A stretch of 64,000 nt of DNA. Origin: Octopus vulgaris. Taxonomy: Eukaryota. The translations under genes and the position numbers were made by a program. The notes beneath the pieces were generated by a model. That model was not told the DNA's origin, ran no database searches, and saw only the letters and a list, made by a program, of their open reading frames with translations. Below, piece by piece: positions 62,705 to 64,000 of the stretch. The DNA lies in assembly GCA_951406725.2 (NCBI GenBank), contig OX597818.1, positions 66,216,001 to 66,280,000 of the forward strand, given 5' to 3'. Numbering within the stretch: the stretch's first letter is position 1; each line of letters opens with the position of its first letter.

Positions 62705-64000
62705 TTTTTTTTTTTTTTTTTTTTTAAACCGAAAATTATGTTTGTTTTAAACCTTGAGATTACATAGAGAGTATTTTGCGTAGGATATGAGCAGTTCCCA
62801 TGAGCACTATCTTTTGAACTTCTGCCATTTTTGGGTTTCCTGGTATCTGAGTTAGGTAGCTATCAGCCCCTTTTGCTATCATTCCCAGGGCACCTATGAC
62901 AACAGGTATTGTTTTAGTCTTCAGCTTCCACATTTTGCTGATTTCTATTTCAAGATCTTTATATTTGCTCAGTTTTTGGTAGGTCTTGACAGATACGTTT
63001 ATATCGATTGGGACAGTCATATCAATGAGGAGGCATGTTCTTTGTTTGAAGTTTTTCAATATGATGTCTGGCCTATTTGCATCTATCTTCCTGTCAGTTT
63101 GAATGGTGAAGTTCCAGAGGAGTGAGATGTGGTCATTTTCAAGCACTGGGGGTGGTTTGTGTTCCCACCAGTTTTTTTCATGGGGCAAATCCAGGTTTTT
63201 ACAGATTACCCAGTGAATATATTGTGCAGCTCTATCGTGCCTGTTGAGATACTCTGTAGGCGCTAGAAGACTGCACTTGGAGACCACATGGTCAATGGTT
63301 TCATTTTGTTGCTTGCATACACGACACGTTGGACTGCTTCTGATCTTTAATATGTTGGCCTGGTAGTTTCTTGTTGGTAGGCATTGATCTTGAGCTGCTA
63401 TGATAAACCCCTCTGTTTCAGATTTTAAGCCAGAGGCCATTAGCCATTGATGGGTCAGGGCTTTGTCGATATCTGCATTATTCGCTCTCTTTGGGTATTT
63501 GCCATAGAGAGGTTTTTCTTGCCATTTATTATTCAGAATATCTAAGGCCGCAGTTTTGGCACGGGTTTTCATGCGCCTAGCTTTTTCTGTGCTTGTTTCT
63601 TGTATATCTATCTCCGAAATTGGTTGTATTCGGAATTCACTTAGATATTCCTTTGCCTGTTTTGTGACTGAGTATGATGCTTTCTTGTTTTCATGTTTTG
63701 AGACAAGTTTTAGCATCCAGTCCTCAGAGTTTTTCAGGTAGGTGTCTAGGCCAATTGTAGCAATCTTCATTGTTATTGCCAGTTGCAAAAGACCACGGCC
63801 TCCCTCTTTTCTTGGCAGATAGAGTCGTTCTGTATCTGCCTTAGGGTGGTGCATTCTATGCATTGTCAACAGTTTCCTTATTTTTCTGTCGAGCTGACAT
63901 ATTTCAGTAATTGACCAGTTAACAATATTGAAACTGTAAGTCACGACTGGTATAGCTAATGCATTGATTGCTTCGATCCTGTTTCTTGCATTCAGCTCTG
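62520..64000 (-). mobile_element. Dong/R4-type RLE non-LTR retrotransposon, 3' part (continues beyond the window)
   Basis: Open ORF to the window edge, ~240-bp 3' UTR ending in (TAA)n. Confidence 0.92.
62760..64000 (-). CDS. C-terminal part of RT/zinc-knuckle/restriction-like endonuclease polyprotein
   Basis: ORF 62760-63944: RLYLPRKEGGRGL, CRVC..ETIDHVVSKC (CCHC), RHD, RPDII, LIDMTVP, KLSKYKDL, PVVIGALG. Confidence 0.92.
   Translation of the reverse strand, partial: ELNARNRIEAINALAIPVVTYSFNIVNWSITEICQLDRKIRKLLTMHRMHHPKADTERLYLPRKEGGRGLLQLAITMKIATIGLDTYLKNSEDWMLKLVSKHENKKASYSVTKQAKEYLSEFRIQPISEIDIQETSTEKARRMKTRAKTAALDILNNKWQEKPLYGKYPKRANNADIDKALTHQWLMASGLKSETEGFIIAAQDQCLPTRNYQANILKIRSSPTCRVCKQQNETIDHVVSKCSLLAPTEYLNRHDRAAQYIHWVICKNLDLPHEKNWWEHKPPPVLENDHISLLWNFTIQTDRKIDANRPDIILKNFKQRTCLLIDMTVPIDINVSVKTYQKLSKYKDLEIEISKMWKLKTKTIPVVIGALGMIAKGADSYLTQIPGNPKMAEVQKIVLMGTAHILRKILSM

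Overview
AT-rich eukaryotic non-coding DNA, most likely intronic or intergenic sequence from an octopod cephalopod (Octopus-like). The organism is inferred from the tRNA-derived SINE families, the very high (TA)n/(CA)n microsatellite load and the retroelement mix. No host protein-coding exon could be supported; almost all ORFs in the track are microsatellite artefacts. The window is a mosaic of mobile elements: a 5'-truncated CR1-like LINE with a 603-aa RT ORF plus two decayed 3' fragments; Dong/R4-type RLE retrotransposons stacked in (TAA)n; RTE and Tx1-like fragments; six Tc1/mariner relics; three tRNA-derived SINE families; non-autonomous Helitrons; and tRNA pseudogenes. The most interesting signal, invisible in the ORF track, is a set of type I hammerhead-ribozyme motifs in short non-coding elements with Penelope/retrozyme-like architecture. 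One is a near-perfect, spacerless 351-bp palindrome carrying two mirrored hammerheads (23546-23896). Another is a ~483-bp direct-repeat unit whose repeat boundary lies within about 2 nt of the predicted ribozyme cleavage site and which is capped by an inverted arm (60300-60955). All calls were made by eye; no searches were run.
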